A stretch of DNA of 64,000 bases from an uncultured Gemmatimonadales bacterium (GTDB taxonomy: Bacteria > Gemmatimonadota > Gemmatimonadetes > Gemmatimonadales > Gemmatimonadaceae): contig CAWKNZ010000002.1 of NCBI GenBank assembly GCA_963851265.1, positions 1,632,001 to 1,696,000 on the forward strand. Direction: 5' to 3'. The position numbers and the translations under genes are program-made. Shown piece after piece: positions 1 through 9,758 of this stretch (its first letter is position 1; each line of letters opens with the position of its first letter). Under the pieces are notes generated by a model. The model was not told the DNA's origin. It searched no databases and saw only the letters and a program-made list of their open reading frames with translations.

Positions 1-2
1 GC

Positions 3-896
3 GCCGCGTTCTACGTGGAGCGGCCGGGCGCGGGGCTCGGCGCCCTCCGCCAGCTCGGCGGGAAGGAGCTGTCGTTCAACAACCTGCTCGACCTCGACGG
101 CGCGCTGCTCGCGTGTGAGCCGTTCGTCGCCGACGCGGCAGCCGACGGGTCGGCGTGCTGTGCGATCGTGAAGCACACGACACCCTGCGGCCTCGCCGTG
201 GGGGCGACGGCGCGTGAGGCGTACGACAAGGCGCTCGCCGCCGACCCGACGAGCGCGTTCGGGTCGGTGATCGCGTTCACGGTGCCCGTCGACGACGAAA
301 CCGCGGGCGTGCTCTCGCAACTCTTCGTCGAGTGCGTGGTCGCCCCCGCGTTCTCCGACGGCGCCATCGAACTGCTCGGCCGCAAGAAAAATTTGCGGGT
401 CCTCGCCGGCCGCGTCGCGCCCGACCCGCGTGAGCTGGACCTGAAGCGCGTACGGGGCGGCTTCGTGGTGCAGGACCGTCAGCCGCTACCGGTGGTCGGC
501 GACGCGTGGCGCGTCGTCACGCAGCGCGCGCCGGAGTCCAGGGAACTCGACGATCTGCGCTTCGCGTGGCGCGCCGTGAGGAGCGTGAAATCCAACGCGA
601 TCGTGTTCGCGCGCGGGGGGATGACGCTCGGCATCGGCGCGGGGCAGATGTCGCGGGTGGACGCGGCGTTCGTCGCCGCGCACAAGGCCCGCGAGGCGGG
701 GCACGACGCGTCGGGCTCGGTGCTTGGCTCGGACGCATTCTTCCCGTTTCGCGACGGCGTGGACCAGGCGGCCGCGGCCGGGGTACGCGCGATCGTGCAG
801 CCCGGCGGGTCGGTGCGAGACGCCGAGGTGATCGCCGCGGCCGACGAGCATGGGATCGCGATGGTCTTCACGGGCCAGCGGCTGTTCCGGCATTGA
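3..896 (+). CDS. purH: Bifunctional AICAR transformylase/IMP cyclohydrolase, C-terminal part (5' end lies outside the window)
   Basis: Motifs GKELSFNNLLD, IVKHTTPCG, KSNAIV, GIGAGQMSRVD, SDAFFPFRDG, QPGGSVRD, FTGQRLFRH. Confidence 0.97.
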   Translation, partial: AAFYVERPGAGLGALRQLGGKELSFNNLLDLDGALLACEPFVADAAADGSACCAIVKHTTPCGLAVGATAREAYDKALAADPTSAFGSVIAFTVPVDDETAGVLSQLFVECVVAPAFSDGAIELLGRKKNLRVLAGRVAPDPRELDLKRVRGGFVVQDRQPLPVVGDAWRVVTQRAPESRELDDLRFAWRAVRSVKSNAIVFARGGMTLGIGAGQMSRVDAAFVAAHKAREAGHDASGSVLGSDAFFPFRDGVDQAAAAGVRAIVQPGGSVRDAEVIAAADEHGIAMVFTGQRLFRH

Positions 897-1024
897 TACG
901 CCACTGAGTCGGTCGCTTCGCGCGGCGCGACAGTCTAGAGTCAACCCTTGTAACCATCGGCTGGTGTCGAACGATGACGCCGGCCCGCCATACTGTTGGG
1001 CTACTCACGCCCGTCCCTTCCCTG

Positions 1025-3442
1025 ATGTCCGCTGCAGCTCTCAGACCCGACGCGGTCCCCACCGCGGCCCGCGCCGCCGCCGCGCCCGCGGTCGAGGCCG
1101 ATCTCGACTACACGCCGTCGTACAAGGCCGCCGGCCTGACGTCGCTCGGCGTCTTCGCGCTATACCTGCTCACACTCGCGCCGTCGACGGGCATGTGGGA
1201 CGCGAGCGAGTACATCGCGGCCGCGTACGTGCTCGGCATTCCGCACCCGCCCGGCAACCCGTTCTTCGTGCTGATCGGGCGCGTGATGTCGATCCTGCCG
1301 ATCGCCCCGAACGTCGCGATGCGGATCAACGTGCTCGCCGCGCTCTGCTCGGCCGTGGCCGCCGGCGTGTGGTTCCTCGTCACCGAGCGGGTGCTCGTCA
1401 GCTGGCTCACGCGCCGCTGGCTGCGCATCACGGGCGCCGTGCTCGCGGCGCTGATCGGCGCGACGTCGTTCACGGTGTGGAACCAGAGCGTCGTGAACGA
1501 GAAGGTCTACACCGTCTCGCTCGCGTTCTTCGCGCTCGTCTCGTGGCTCATCGTCCGCTGGTGCGACGACCCGGACAGCCCCAGGGCCAACCGCCTGCTC
1601 CTGCTCGCGGCGTACCTCATTGGGCTGGGTTACGCGAACCACCCGGCCGGCTTCCTCGTCGCGCCCGCGGTCGCGGCCGGCGTGTTCCTCCGCAAGCCGA
1701 CCACGCTGCTCAACTGGCGGTTGCTGATCAAGGGCGCGCTCTGCTTCGCGCTCGGCCTCACGCCGTTCATCTACCAGCCGATCCGCGCCGCGCAGTTCCC
1801 GGCCCTCAACGAGGGTGAGCCCACCGCGTGCACGACCAGGCTCGAGGTGTCGTGCACGTTCAACCACGTGACGCTCGACCGGTTCATGGCCAACGTGAAT
1901 CGCGAGCAGTACGGCAAGCCGGACCTCAGCGAACGGCAGGCGCCGTTCACGGCGCAGGTCGGCATGTGGTGGCTGTACTTCAAGTGGCAGTGGCTGCGCG
2001 ACGCGCACGGCGAGCATCAGCCGCTGCAGAGCGCGCTCGCGGTGCTCTTCCTCGCCCTGGGCATGATCGGCGGGTGGGTGCACTTCAAGCGCGACCGACA
2101 ATCGTTCTGGTTCTTCGGGCCGCTCGTGTTTTCGGTGACGCTCGCGCTCATCTACTACATGAACTTCAAGTACGGCGCGTCCCAGTCGCCCGAGCTGACC
2201 GACGTGCCGCGGGAAGTGCGCGACCGCGACTATTTCTACCTCTGGAGCTTCAGCACGTGGGGCGTGTGGGCCGCGCTCGGGCTGGTGTGGGTGTGGGAGT
2301 CCGTCGCGTCGCTCCTGGGCACCGAGAGCGTGCGCCTGGGCCGGCAGACGATCGATCAGCCGCGCGAGCGCTCGTGGATCGGCGCGTCACCCGTGCTCGC
2401 GCTCGCGGTGATCCCGCTCGCCGGCAACTGGCACCAGGCGTCGCGCGCGGGACACCGCGACACGGCCGCGTTCGCGCGCGACCTGCTCAACTCGGTCGAG
2501 CCGTATGGCATTCTCGTCACGGCCGGCGACAACGACACGTTCCCGCTGTGGTACGCGCAGGAGGTGGAGGGCGTCCGACGCGACGTGATCGTCGCCTGCA
2601 CCTCGCTCCTCAACACCGACTGGTACGTGCGCCAGATGGTACGCCGCCCGGTCTACACGTACGACGCGGCCAAGGGCCCCGCGATCTACCGCGGCCGCGA
2701 CTGGCCCAAGCCGACCGGGCCCCTGCTCAACATGACGATGGCGGAGCTCGACGCGATCCCGCTCGGCGTGAACCTCGATCGGCCACAAACCTTCGTGAAG
2801 GCCCTCGGGACCGACACCCTGCGTGCGACGATCTCGCAGCCGCAGCTGCTGCGGCAGGACCTGCTGGTGCTGTACCTCATTCGCGACGCGTGGCCCAGGC
2901 GGCCGATGTACATCAGTCGCACGTCTGGCTCGTATGGTCAGGAGCTCGGGCTCAACAACTACCTTCTGAGTCAGGGCCTCGCCCGCAAGCTGCTGCCGAC
3001 CACGCCGGCGACGGGGCGTGACACGCTGCTGGTGCAGGGCGAAGGTTACGTGGACCTCGCGCGCAGCGTGGCGCTGTGGAACTCGTTCGAGGGTCCGCCC
3101 GCGCTCATCAAGCGAGGCGACTGGGTCGACATGCCGAGCGTCGGCATCCCCAACCTCTACACGCTCACCGGGCTGATGCTGTCGGAAGCGCTCGAGCATA
3201 CGGGGCGCACGCAGGAGGCGCGGCGCGTCTACACGACGGCCGAGGAGGTCGCGCAGGCGACGCACCAGACGCGCGAGTTCGGGCTCGACCAGCGGCCCGC
3301 GCCCGGCGCGGCCGCGGGAGACAACCCGCTGCAGAGTCTCGTCGCCCCCGATTCGGCCGCGATGCCCGGCGCGCGCCCCGGCGGTGCACGGGCCCGATCC
3401 GCGACCCCGGCCGGAAGCCCCGGTGCGCCCCATCCCCGCTGA
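1025..3442 (+). CDS. DUF2723-family multi-pass membrane protein (GT-C-like putative glycosyltransferase)
   Basis: N-terminal YLLTLAPS..WDASEY...LGIPHPPGNPFF signature, many TM helices, GDNDTFPLWYAQEVEG motif; start could instead be 974. Confidence 0.85.
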   Translation: MSAAALRPDAVPTAARAAAAPAVEADLDYTPSYKAAGLTSLGVFALYLLTLAPSTGMWDASEYIAAAYVLGIPHPPGNPFFVLIGRVMSILPIAPNVAMRINVLAALCSAVAAGVWFLVTERVLVSWLTRRWLRITGAVLAALIGATSFTVWNQSVVNEKVYTVSLAFFALVSWLIVRWCDDPDSPRANRLLLLAAYLIGLGYANHPAGFLVAPAVAAGVFLRKPTTLLNWRLLIKGALCFALGLTPFIYQPIRAAQFPALNEGEPTACTTRLEVSCTFNHVTLDRFMANVNREQYGKPDLSERQAPFTAQVGMWWLYFKWQWLRDAHGEHQPLQSALAVLFLALGMIGGWVHFKRDRQSFWFFGPLVFSVTLALIYYMNFKYGASQSPELTDVPREVRDRDYFYLWSFSTWGVWAALGLVWVWESVASLLGTESVRLGRQTIDQPRERSWIGASPVLALAVIPLAGNWHQASRAGHRDTAAFARDLLNSVEPYGILVTAGDNDTFPLWYAQEVEGVRRDVIVACTSLLNTDWYVRQMVRRPVYTYDAAKGPAIYRGRDWPKPTGPLLNMTMAELDAIPLGVNLDRPQTFVKALGTDTLRATISQPQLLRQDLLVLYLIRDAWPRRPMYISRTSGSYGQELGLNNYLLSQGLARKLLPTTPATGRDTLLVQGEGYVDLARSVALWNSFEGPPALIKRGDWVDMPSVGIPNLYTLTGLMLSEALEHTGRTQEARRVYTTAEEVAQATHQTREFGLDQRPAPGAAAGDNPLQSLVAPDSAAMPGARPGGARARSATPAGSPGAPHPR

Positions 3443-3490
3443 TACGCCCGTTGTGCGCTAGTCGCTACGAATTGACCCGCATCGCGCCGG

Positions 3491-3530
3491 CGGCGCACCG
3501 AACGTTCGTGTTCGGTGCGCCGTTTGCGTT
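3491..3530 (+). terminator. Rho-independent terminator candidate downstream of the DUF2723 gene
   Basis: 13-bp perfect stem CGGCGCACCGAAC/GTTCGGTGCGCCG, 6-nt loop, followed by TTTGCGTT. Confidence 0.6.
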
Positions 3531-3592
3531 ACCGTTGCCGCGTTCCGATGCCACGCCGCGGCTCGGGCACACGCTCAACATGCGGAGGACCG

Positions 3593-4057
3593 ATGCCCGA
3601 ACGTCACGACCCCGACCGGCTGGCGAATCCATCTGGCGACGCGCCGGGCTCATCCGACCGCCCGGAGCGGCGCCGGCGGCGCGTGCTCGGCAGCGACGCC
3701 AACCCGCGAATCGCCGCCGCGCAGCACGTCGCGAGGCACCGACTCGAACCGTTTCAGCGTGCGCTCGCGGGGCTGGCCGTCTCGGTGTTCGGCGCGGAGG
3801 CGACGGTGGTCGCGCACCTGCGGGCCGACGGGCGGCGTCAACGACTCACGTTCGTCGTCGACGCCGCGGACCCGCACGCGACCGTGGACTACGCCCAGTT
3901 CCTCCCGCGTGAGCAGGCGTTCTGGACCGCGTACGCCCAACTGCAGAAACCCGACCTGCCGTTCGCGGTCGCGATCCGCCCCGCCCGCGGCTGGTGCCGC
4001 AGCGAGGCGCTCGCGCCGCTCTTCGCCTATTTGCCGACGAGCGACGAAGTGATGTGA
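3593..4057 (+). CDS. Hypothetical protein
   Basis: GGAGGA RBS before ATG 3593; GC3-rich codon usage; no recognised domain. Confidence 0.7.
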   Translation: MPERHDPDRLANPSGDAPGSSDRPERRRRRVLGSDANPRIAAAQHVARHRLEPFQRALAGLAVSVFGAEATVVAHLRADGRRQRLTFVVDAADPHATVDYAQFLPREQAFWTAYAQLQKPDLPFAVAIRPARGWCRSEALAPLFAYLPTSDEVM

Positions 4058-4088
4058 GGTCGCCCCCCCTGGCGGCCGCGCGCACGCG

Positions 4089-5621
4089 TCACCGGAGCGC
4101 TCGCGCCGTCACGGGCTGCGTGGTGCCGACCAGCCGCTGCACGGTACCGTTGCGCACGACGCGGAAGATGGGAGGCAGCGCCACGTCGGTGAACGCGTCG
4201 ACGGGCGTGCGCTCCGCCACCGGACCGAGCACCGCGGCGAGGTCGGCCGCCGACGGCGGCAGCAGCGGCTCCGACGCGGCAACGTTCACCGCGTACCCGA
4301 GGTCTGCCAAGCTGAGCACAGTGAGGCGAGACGCGGGATGCGTGGTGGCCTTCGCCAGGTATCCGACCATCAACTCCGAGCGGAAAACCGCCGACCGCCA
4401 GTGAGAGCCGGCCGTCCCGGGCCCGCCGGTGTTCTCGACGGGCACGCCGGCGCGGTCCTGCGTGAACCCCAACGCCGCGCTCCCGCCCTCGCCGAGCGGA
4501 CCGGTGTACTGCGGGTCGAGGGTGCCCTCGTTGACGAGATAGCCGCGCACGCCGCCCACGTTCCAGAGCGTGCCGATCCCGAGCACGTGTCCCATCTCGT
4601 GGCGGATGACGTCGTATGCCGTTCCGGCGGCGACGAGGCCGGCGAAATCCGCGGAGTCGAAACGCATCGAGCCCACGAGCGTTAGGCCACGCCCCTGCGT
4701 GACCGGGTCGCTCCGCAGGACGCATGGACCCGCCGCGCCGAGGATCGCGCCCTTTCCGTCGATGCTGTCGACGCGGAACAGGATCGTGACGCCCGTCGAC
4801 GCGGCGAGCTTCACCTCGGGCGTCGAGTCGGCGCACGACCCGGCGGGCAGGGCAAGGTCGGCCGCGGGCAGGGCCGCCGTGATCACCGACTGCCAGAACG
4901 CGGCCGCGCGGGTAAACTCGGCCGCGTAGCGCGGGTCGACGGCGCCGACCTGGACGAGGTTGATGATGAACGCGCCCTGCGTGACCGGCGCGACCGCGAC
5001 GGGCAGCGTCGTGCTGACGCCCCGGCCGCGGAAGGTGGCGCGCACGGCAATCTGCGTTCCGCCCGCGGTGCCGGCCGTGAGCGCGTTCCCGCTCACGCTC
5101 GCGATGCCCGTGTTGTCGCTCGCGTACGCGACGGGGTAGCTGATCCGGTTGCCGGATGCGTCGTACACGGCCACGGACAGGGCGACCTGTTCGCCGGGCG
5201 AGGCGTCGACGCGTGTCGGGAGCACGCGGACCGTCGCGGCCGGGGCGAGCGACACGAGGCTCGGCGTGGCGAGGGTGAGCGGTGTCGTCCCCGGCACGTC
5301 CGTCGCACGCGCGGTGACGACCACGGGCCCCGCACCGACGAATCGCACGACGCCAGCGGCGCTGACACGCGCGACCGTCGTGTCGGAACTCGCGTAGGTG
5401 AGCGTCCCGACAGTCCCGGCCCGCCCCGACGCGTCGGTGAGGGTCGCGCCGAGCGCGACACTGTCGCCGACGATGGCCGAATCGGGCTGCGTCGCGAAGG
5501 CGATCCGCGTGGGGACGATCACGAGCGGCGCAGGCGTTCCCTCGCCGCCGCCGCACGCAGCGCCCGCGAGGGCCACGGCGGCGAGCAAGACGGCGCGAGA
5601 GCGGATGACCGATGGTCGCAT
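4089..5621 (-). CDS. Lipoprotein with Ig-like (Big_2) repeats and a leishmanolysin-like (M8-type) zinc metallopeptidase domain
   Basis: Signal peptide ending GAAC, two YASSD/YASDN Ig-like repeats, HEMGHVLGIG (HExxH), GTAGSHW and SELM motifs. Confidence 0.8.
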   Translation of the reverse strand: MRPSVIRSRAVLLAAVALAGAACGGGEGTPAPLVIVPTRIAFATQPDSAIVGDSVALGATLTDASGRAGTVGTLTYASSDTTVARVSAAGVVRFVGAGPVVVTARATDVPGTTPLTLATPSLVSLAPAATVRVLPTRVDASPGEQVALSVAVYDASGNRISYPVAYASDNTGIASVSGNALTAGTAGGTQIAVRATFRGRGVSTTLPVAVAPVTQGAFIINLVQVGAVDPRYAAEFTRAAAFWQSVITAALPAADLALPAGSCADSTPEVKLAASTGVTILFRVDSIDGKGAILGAAGPCVLRSDPVTQGRGLTLVGSMRFDSADFAGLVAAGTAYDVIRHEMGHVLGIGTLWNVGGVRGYLVNEGTLDPQYTGPLGEGGSAALGFTQDRAGVPVENTGGPGTAGSHWRSAVFRSELMVGYLAKATTHPASRLTVLSLADLGYAVNVAASEPLLPPSAADLAAVLGPVAERTPVDAFTDVALPPIFRVVRNGTVQRLVGTTQPVTARALR

Positions 5622-5714
5622 GCTGCGCGATGGGCGACGGAGAAGCCGCGCAGGCCGTCGGTGGCCGGCGCGTGTGGGCGGAAGGTCGGACCTGGTAGTA
5701 GTTTTTGAAAGGCC

Positions 5715-5797
5715 GGAGGGCTGGCAGAATGGCTATTGCAACGGTCTTGAAAACCGTCGTCCGCGAGGACTTGTGGGTTCGAATCCCACGCCCTCCT
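5715..5797 (+). tRNA. tRNA-Ser(TGA)
   Basis: Acceptor stem GGAGGGC/GCCCTCC, anticodon arm ACGGT-CTTGAAA-ACCGT, long variable arm GTCC-GCGA-GGAC, GGTTCGAATCC; CCA not encoded. Confidence 0.95.
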
Positions 5798-6101
5798 CTT
5801 CGCCAAGTCGCTGTCACAGTGCGAGTTGCCGTCGTGTCCCACGACCTGCGCGGTCCGCGCGGACGCGGCGTCGCTCGATGGCGCCGACGAGACGGTGCGG
5901 GTCGCCGACCGCCTCGGGTCGCAGCAAGTTCGCCACGACGGACGCGTTAGGGCTCGCTCTGCGCGAGTGCGACGCGCGCCGTCGCGCCGCTCCACGACGA
6001 GCGCGGCGTGCGGCGGTTCGCGAGGCGCGCCGAGCTGCGTGAGCGGCCGTTCCGCAGGACCCGTGCGGACGCGCGGGTGGCGGGGCGCGCCGCTGAACGC
6101 G

Positions 6102-6272
6102 TTAGGCCGTCGTCGTCCTGCGGCGACGGGCCACGCCGGCCAGACCGAGCAGCCCCGTCCCGAGCAGCGCCCAGGTCGCTGGCTCTGGGGTCACCGTGCC
6201 CGGTGTGTACTGAAGATCGTCGTACGTGTAATACGGGACGTCCGACATCAGGTCGACGCGGCTGATGCCGGC
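6102..6272 (-). pseudogene. PEP-CTERM sorting-domain tail, probably a truncated remnant
   Basis: Frame ends VTPEPATWALLGTGLLGLAGVARRRRTTTA*; upstream in-frame sequence lacks a signal peptide and looks non-coding. Confidence 0.65.
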
Positions 6273-6684
6273 CTCGTCCTCGCCCGACGGTCGCTGCGCC
6301 TTCCACTTCGGCGGCCATTCCGAGGTCGTACGTGGCGCGGTGCGAGTCGGGTCGGTCCCGGAGTTGGGCTGAGCGGACGTTTGCCGTCGCGCGCTCACGA
6401 ACGCGTACGCGCCGCGATCGTCCGCTGCCCGCCTCTCGATCGTGGCGCGTGCGTCCGGTTTCAGTCGCGTCCTGGAACGCTGGTCGATCCTGGCCGTGGA
6501 CGTCCCGTAGACTACGTCGCGTCCCCAGTTCATCACGACCGCACGAGGCCGATGAGCGAAGAGTCGGGCGCCGCGCGCGAGGGCGGCATTGCTCCGGGCA
6601 CCGGCCGTGACCGGCTCGCCGGCTGATTGCGAAATCTTTGTGCGCGACGTACTGTCACCACCTACGCCTCGATCCGCCGACCAC

Positions 6685-7119
6685 ATGCGATGCATTGCCC
6701 GCTCGACCACGCTGTTCGCGGGCATCGCCGCCGGCGCGGCCGCGCTCACGATCGGTTGCGGCAGCAGCGACGCGACCAGCCCGCAACGTCAGTTTCCGGG
6801 TATCTACGCGTTGCGCACGGTGAACGGACAGCCGATGCCGTACGTCGCCCAGGACTCGGCCGGAACCAGCTCGCTCACGTCGGACGTGTACACGTTCAGC
6901 AGCGACGGCACGTTCACCCAGCGGGTCGTCGGCAGCTACGCGCCGTCCGGCGGAACGGTGGAAGATCGGTCGTTCGACGACTCGGGACGGTGGACGCTCG
7001 TGGGCACGTCGGTCACCCTCACGTTCAACTCTGACGGAGGCGGCGCGCGAGGTACGGTCTCGGGTGGCAATACGATCACGTTCGCCTTCGGGTCGATCAC
7101 GGCGATCTACCGGAAGTGA
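6685..7119 (+). CDS. Small beta-rich lipoprotein (lipocalin-like)
   Basis: Signal peptide with LTIGC lipobox; GIYALRTVNGQPMP and GRWTLVGTSVTL strands. Confidence 0.7.
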   Translation: MRCIARSTTLFAGIAAGAAALTIGCGSSDATSPQRQFPGIYALRTVNGQPMPYVAQDSAGTSSLTSDVYTFSSDGTFTQRVVGSYAPSGGTVEDRSFDDSGRWTLVGTSVTLTFNSDGGGARGTVSGGNTITFAFGSITAIYRK

Positions 7120-7235
7120 GGCGCGGCGCGGCGCGTTCGCGTGTCGCGCCCGGGTTGCTCGCCGACGGCCGCCGGATTAGCGTAGTGCAGTCGAGCCGGC
7201 CCGGTCCGCCGGGTGTGGCGCGGCACACAGCTCGT

Positions 7236-7324
7236 GGAGGGGTGGCCGAGAGGCTGAAGGCACCGGTTTGCTAAACCGGCATAGTGGGAAACTGCTATCG
7301 AGGGTTCGAATCCCTCCCTCTCCG
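7236..7324 (+). tRNA. tRNA-Ser(GCT)
   Basis: GGAGGGG/CCTCTCC acceptor stem, anticodon arm CCGGT-TTGCTAA-ACCGG, long variable arm, GGTTCGAATCC. Confidence 0.96.
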
Positions 7325-7328
7325 TCTT

Positions 7329-7359
7329 GCGGGCCCGCCGGTCGCTCCGGCGGGCCCGC
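7329..7359 (+). terminator. GC-rich hairpin after tRNA-Ser(GCT) (terminator or processing signal)
   Basis: 13-bp perfect stem GCGGGCCCGCCGG/CCGGCGGGCCCGC with 5-nt loop; no clear U tract. Confidence 0.5.
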
Positions 7360-7431
7360 TGTGCGTTCGGGCCGACCCGGTGAAGCGCCGACGTCCGCGG
7401 CGCGCCCGAGTTCGCCTCTCACTGCCGCTCC

Positions 7432-8910
7432 ATGTCCGAGATCGAGACCCCGCCCCGTCTGCGCTTCGCGCCCTCGCCGACCGGCTACCTCCACGTCGGC
7501 GGCGCGCGCACCGCGCTGTTCAACTGGCTGTGGGCGAAGCACACCGGCGGGCAGTTCCTGCTTCGCATCGAGGACACCGACAAGGCGCGCAGCACCGACG
7601 AGAGCACGCGCGCGATCTTCGACGGACTGCGCTGGCTCGGCCTCGACTGGGACGAGGAGGTCGTGTACCAGGGCGCGAACCTCGAGCGCCACCGGCGCGA
7701 CGCCGACCGCCTCGTCGCGAGCGGCGCGGCGTACCGCGACTTCATGCCGCAGGAGGAGCTGCAGAAGCGACGCGCCGACGCGGAGGCGCGCGGGGAAGCG
7801 TTCCGCTTCCGACGCGAGTGGGCCGAACTGCCGCGCGACGAGGCGGAGCGCCGCGCGAGCGCCGGAGAGCCGCACGTGATCCGATTCCGCGCGCCGCTCG
7901 ACGGGGAGACCGCGTGGGACGACCTCGTGCACGGGCGCATCGCGTTCCCGAACAAGGACATCGAGGATTTCGTCGTCCTGCGTTCCGACCGCACGCCGAT
8001 CTACAACATGGCGGTGGTGAGCGACGACGTCGCGATGGAAATCACGCTCGTCATGCGCGGCGACGACCACATCTCCAACACCCCCAAGCAGATCCTGCTC
8101 TACCACGCGTTAGGCGCCGCGCTACCCCGCTTCGCGCACCTCCCGATGATCCACGGCACCGACGGGAAGAAACTGTCGAAGCGCCACGGGGCGACGGCGG
8201 TCGGCGACTACCAGTACCGCGGGATCCTGCCGCAGGCGATGCTCAATTTCCTCGCGCTGCTGGGCTGGAGCCCGGGCGGCGACCGCGAGGTGTTGACCGT
8301 GGCGGAGCTCGTCGAGCTGTTCACGCCCGACGGGCTGTTGCGCAAGGCGTCGGTGTTCGACCCGCAGAAGCTCGAGTGGATGAACGGGCAGCACCTGTCG
8401 CTGCTTCCGCTCGCGGAGCTCGCGCCGCGCGTGACCCCGGCGCTTGTCGCGGCCGGACTCGCGACCGAGGCCGACCTCGCCGCGCGCGGCGCGTGGTACG
8501 ACGCGCTCCTCGACCAGCTGCGCGTGCGCGCGCGGACGATCGACGACATCGTGCGCCAGGCGACGCCGTACCTGCGCGACGAGATCACCTACGACCCCGA
8601 TGCCGTCGCCAAGCAGTGGCTCAGGGATCCCGCGACGGCCCGGACGCTGCTCGCCGACGCGCGCAGCGCACTCGCCGAACTCGCGGAGTGGACGCCGGGC
8701 GCGATGGAACCCGCACTGCGCGCGGCGGCCGAGGCACGCGGGCTCGCGGCGGGCAAGTTGTTCCAACCGCTCCGCGTCGCTCTGACGGGTCTCACGGTCA
8801 GCCCGGGGATCTTCGACGTGCTCGAACTGCTTGGGCGCGAGCGTGCGCTCGCGCGCATCGACGCGGCCCTGGTGCGCATCGACGCGGAGGCTCCGGCGGC
8901 CGAGCGTTGA
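7432..8910 (+). CDS. gltX: Glutamate--tRNA ligase
   Basis: RFAPSPTGYLHVGGARTAL (HIGH-type), LRIEDTD, KKLSKRHG (KMSKS-type). Confidence 0.97.
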   Translation: MSEIETPPRLRFAPSPTGYLHVGGARTALFNWLWAKHTGGQFLLRIEDTDKARSTDESTRAIFDGLRWLGLDWDEEVVYQGANLERHRRDADRLVASGAAYRDFMPQEELQKRRADAEARGEAFRFRREWAELPRDEAERRASAGEPHVIRFRAPLDGETAWDDLVHGRIAFPNKDIEDFVVLRSDRTPIYNMAVVSDDVAMEITLVMRGDDHISNTPKQILLYHALGAALPRFAHLPMIHGTDGKKLSKRHGATAVGDYQYRGILPQAMLNFLALLGWSPGGDREVLTVAELVELFTPDGLLRKASVFDPQKLEWMNGQHLSLLPLAELAPRVTPALVAAGLATEADLAARGAWYDALLDQLRVRARTIDDIVRQATPYLRDEITYDPDAVAKQWLRDPATARTLLADARSALAELAEWTPGAMEPALRAAAEARGLAAGKLFQPLRVALTGLTVSPGIFDVLELLGRERALARIDAALVRIDAEAPAAER

Positions 8911-8919
8911 CGTTCGCTC

Positions 8920-8948
8920 TTGCCGACCGGCCTCAGCGTTCGTATACT
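8920..8948 (+). promoter_or_regulatory. Sigma70-type promoter for lexA
   Basis: TTGCCG (8920-8925), 17-nt spacer, TATACT (8943-8948). Confidence 0.65.
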
Positions 8949-9028
8949 CGCGCCGTATGGGCCGCCGGGCGCCCAGCACCGCGCGATGCGCGCCGCGGGC
9001 CTGGTCGCCTCCTTTCTCGGAGATCGCG

Positions 9029-9676
9029 ATGGCGGATCCCCTCACGCCGATCGAGCGTAAGGTTTACCAGTACCTGATCGACTTCCTGGCGGAGAACACC
9101 TACCAGCCGAGCATTCGCGAGATCGGCTCGCGGTTCCGCATCAAGTCGACCAAGACGGTCTCCGACCTGCTTCACTCGCTCACCGATAAGGGATATATCG
9201 AGCGAGACCCGGCCCGCTCACGCGGCGTCCGGATCCTCGGGCACCAGGGCCCGTCGGGGATCCAGCCCCTGCCCTACTACGGGCGAATCCACGCTGGCGA
9301 GCCCGCGCTGCGCCCCGAGCACAAGATGGGCGCGCTCAGCTTCGACCGGCGCTTCATCGCGAGCGACGACACGTTCGTGCTGCGTGTGATGGGGGACAGC
9401 ATGATCGGCCGCGGGATTCACGACGGGGACTACGTGCTCGTCACGCCGGCAAAGCAGTTCGCGGACGGCGATATCGTCGCCGCGCGCATCGGCGAGGACG
9501 CGACCATCAAGTCGTACGAGAAGCTCGTCGACGGAATCGTCCTGCATCCGGCGAACCCGGCCGACCGCGAGATTCGCCTCCGTCCGACCGACGACTACAG
9601 CCTGCTCGGCACGGTGACGGGGGTGTTCCGCCCGTCCATCGATCGCACCGCTTTCGACGGCGCCATCAGTACCTGA
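9029..9676 (+). CDS. lexA: SOS repressor LexA
   Basis: N-terminal wHTH (YQPSIREIG), Ala-Gly cleavage site (GRIHAGEP), catalytic Ser (GDSM) and Lys (ATIK); GGAGA RBS. Confidence 0.93.
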   Translation: MADPLTPIERKVYQYLIDFLAENTYQPSIREIGSRFRIKSTKTVSDLLHSLTDKGYIERDPARSRGVRILGHQGPSGIQPLPYYGRIHAGEPALRPEHKMGALSFDRRFIASDDTFVLRVMGDSMIGRGIHDGDYVLVTPAKQFADGDIVAARIGEDATIKSYEKLVDGIVLHPANPADREIRLRPTDDYSLLGTVTGVFRPSIDRTAFDGAIST

Positions 9677-9701
9677 GTTACCCGACCTTCTGGATCCGAC
9701 G

Positions 9702-9733
9702 CGACGGGCCGGCGCTTGTGCGCCGGCCCGTCG
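9702..9733. terminator. Hairpin between convergent genes (probable bidirectional terminator)
   Basis: 14-bp perfect stem CGACGGGCCGGCGC/GCGCCGGCCCGTCG, 4-nt loop. Confidence 0.65.
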
Positions 9734-9758
9734 TGTTGTGAGGGAGGTTCCGCGGCGG

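Noticed and set aside
3498..3515. CCGAAC-N6-GTTCGG as an SOS box
   Set aside because: Spacing does not fit GAAC-N4-GTTC, and it is the inner part of a 13-bp terminator-like hairpin.
5797..5797. T rather than G discriminator base in tRNA-Ser(TGA)
   Set aside because: Bacterial SerRS relies mainly on the variable arm and the rest of the cloverleaf is intact, so this is not evidence of a pseudo-tRNA.
6085..6107. GCCGCTGAACGCGTTAGGC resembles the right end of an integron attC site
   Set aside because: L'-R' spacing is about 4 nt too short, and I found no matching left half, no cassette array and no intI in the window; treated as one more octamer copy.
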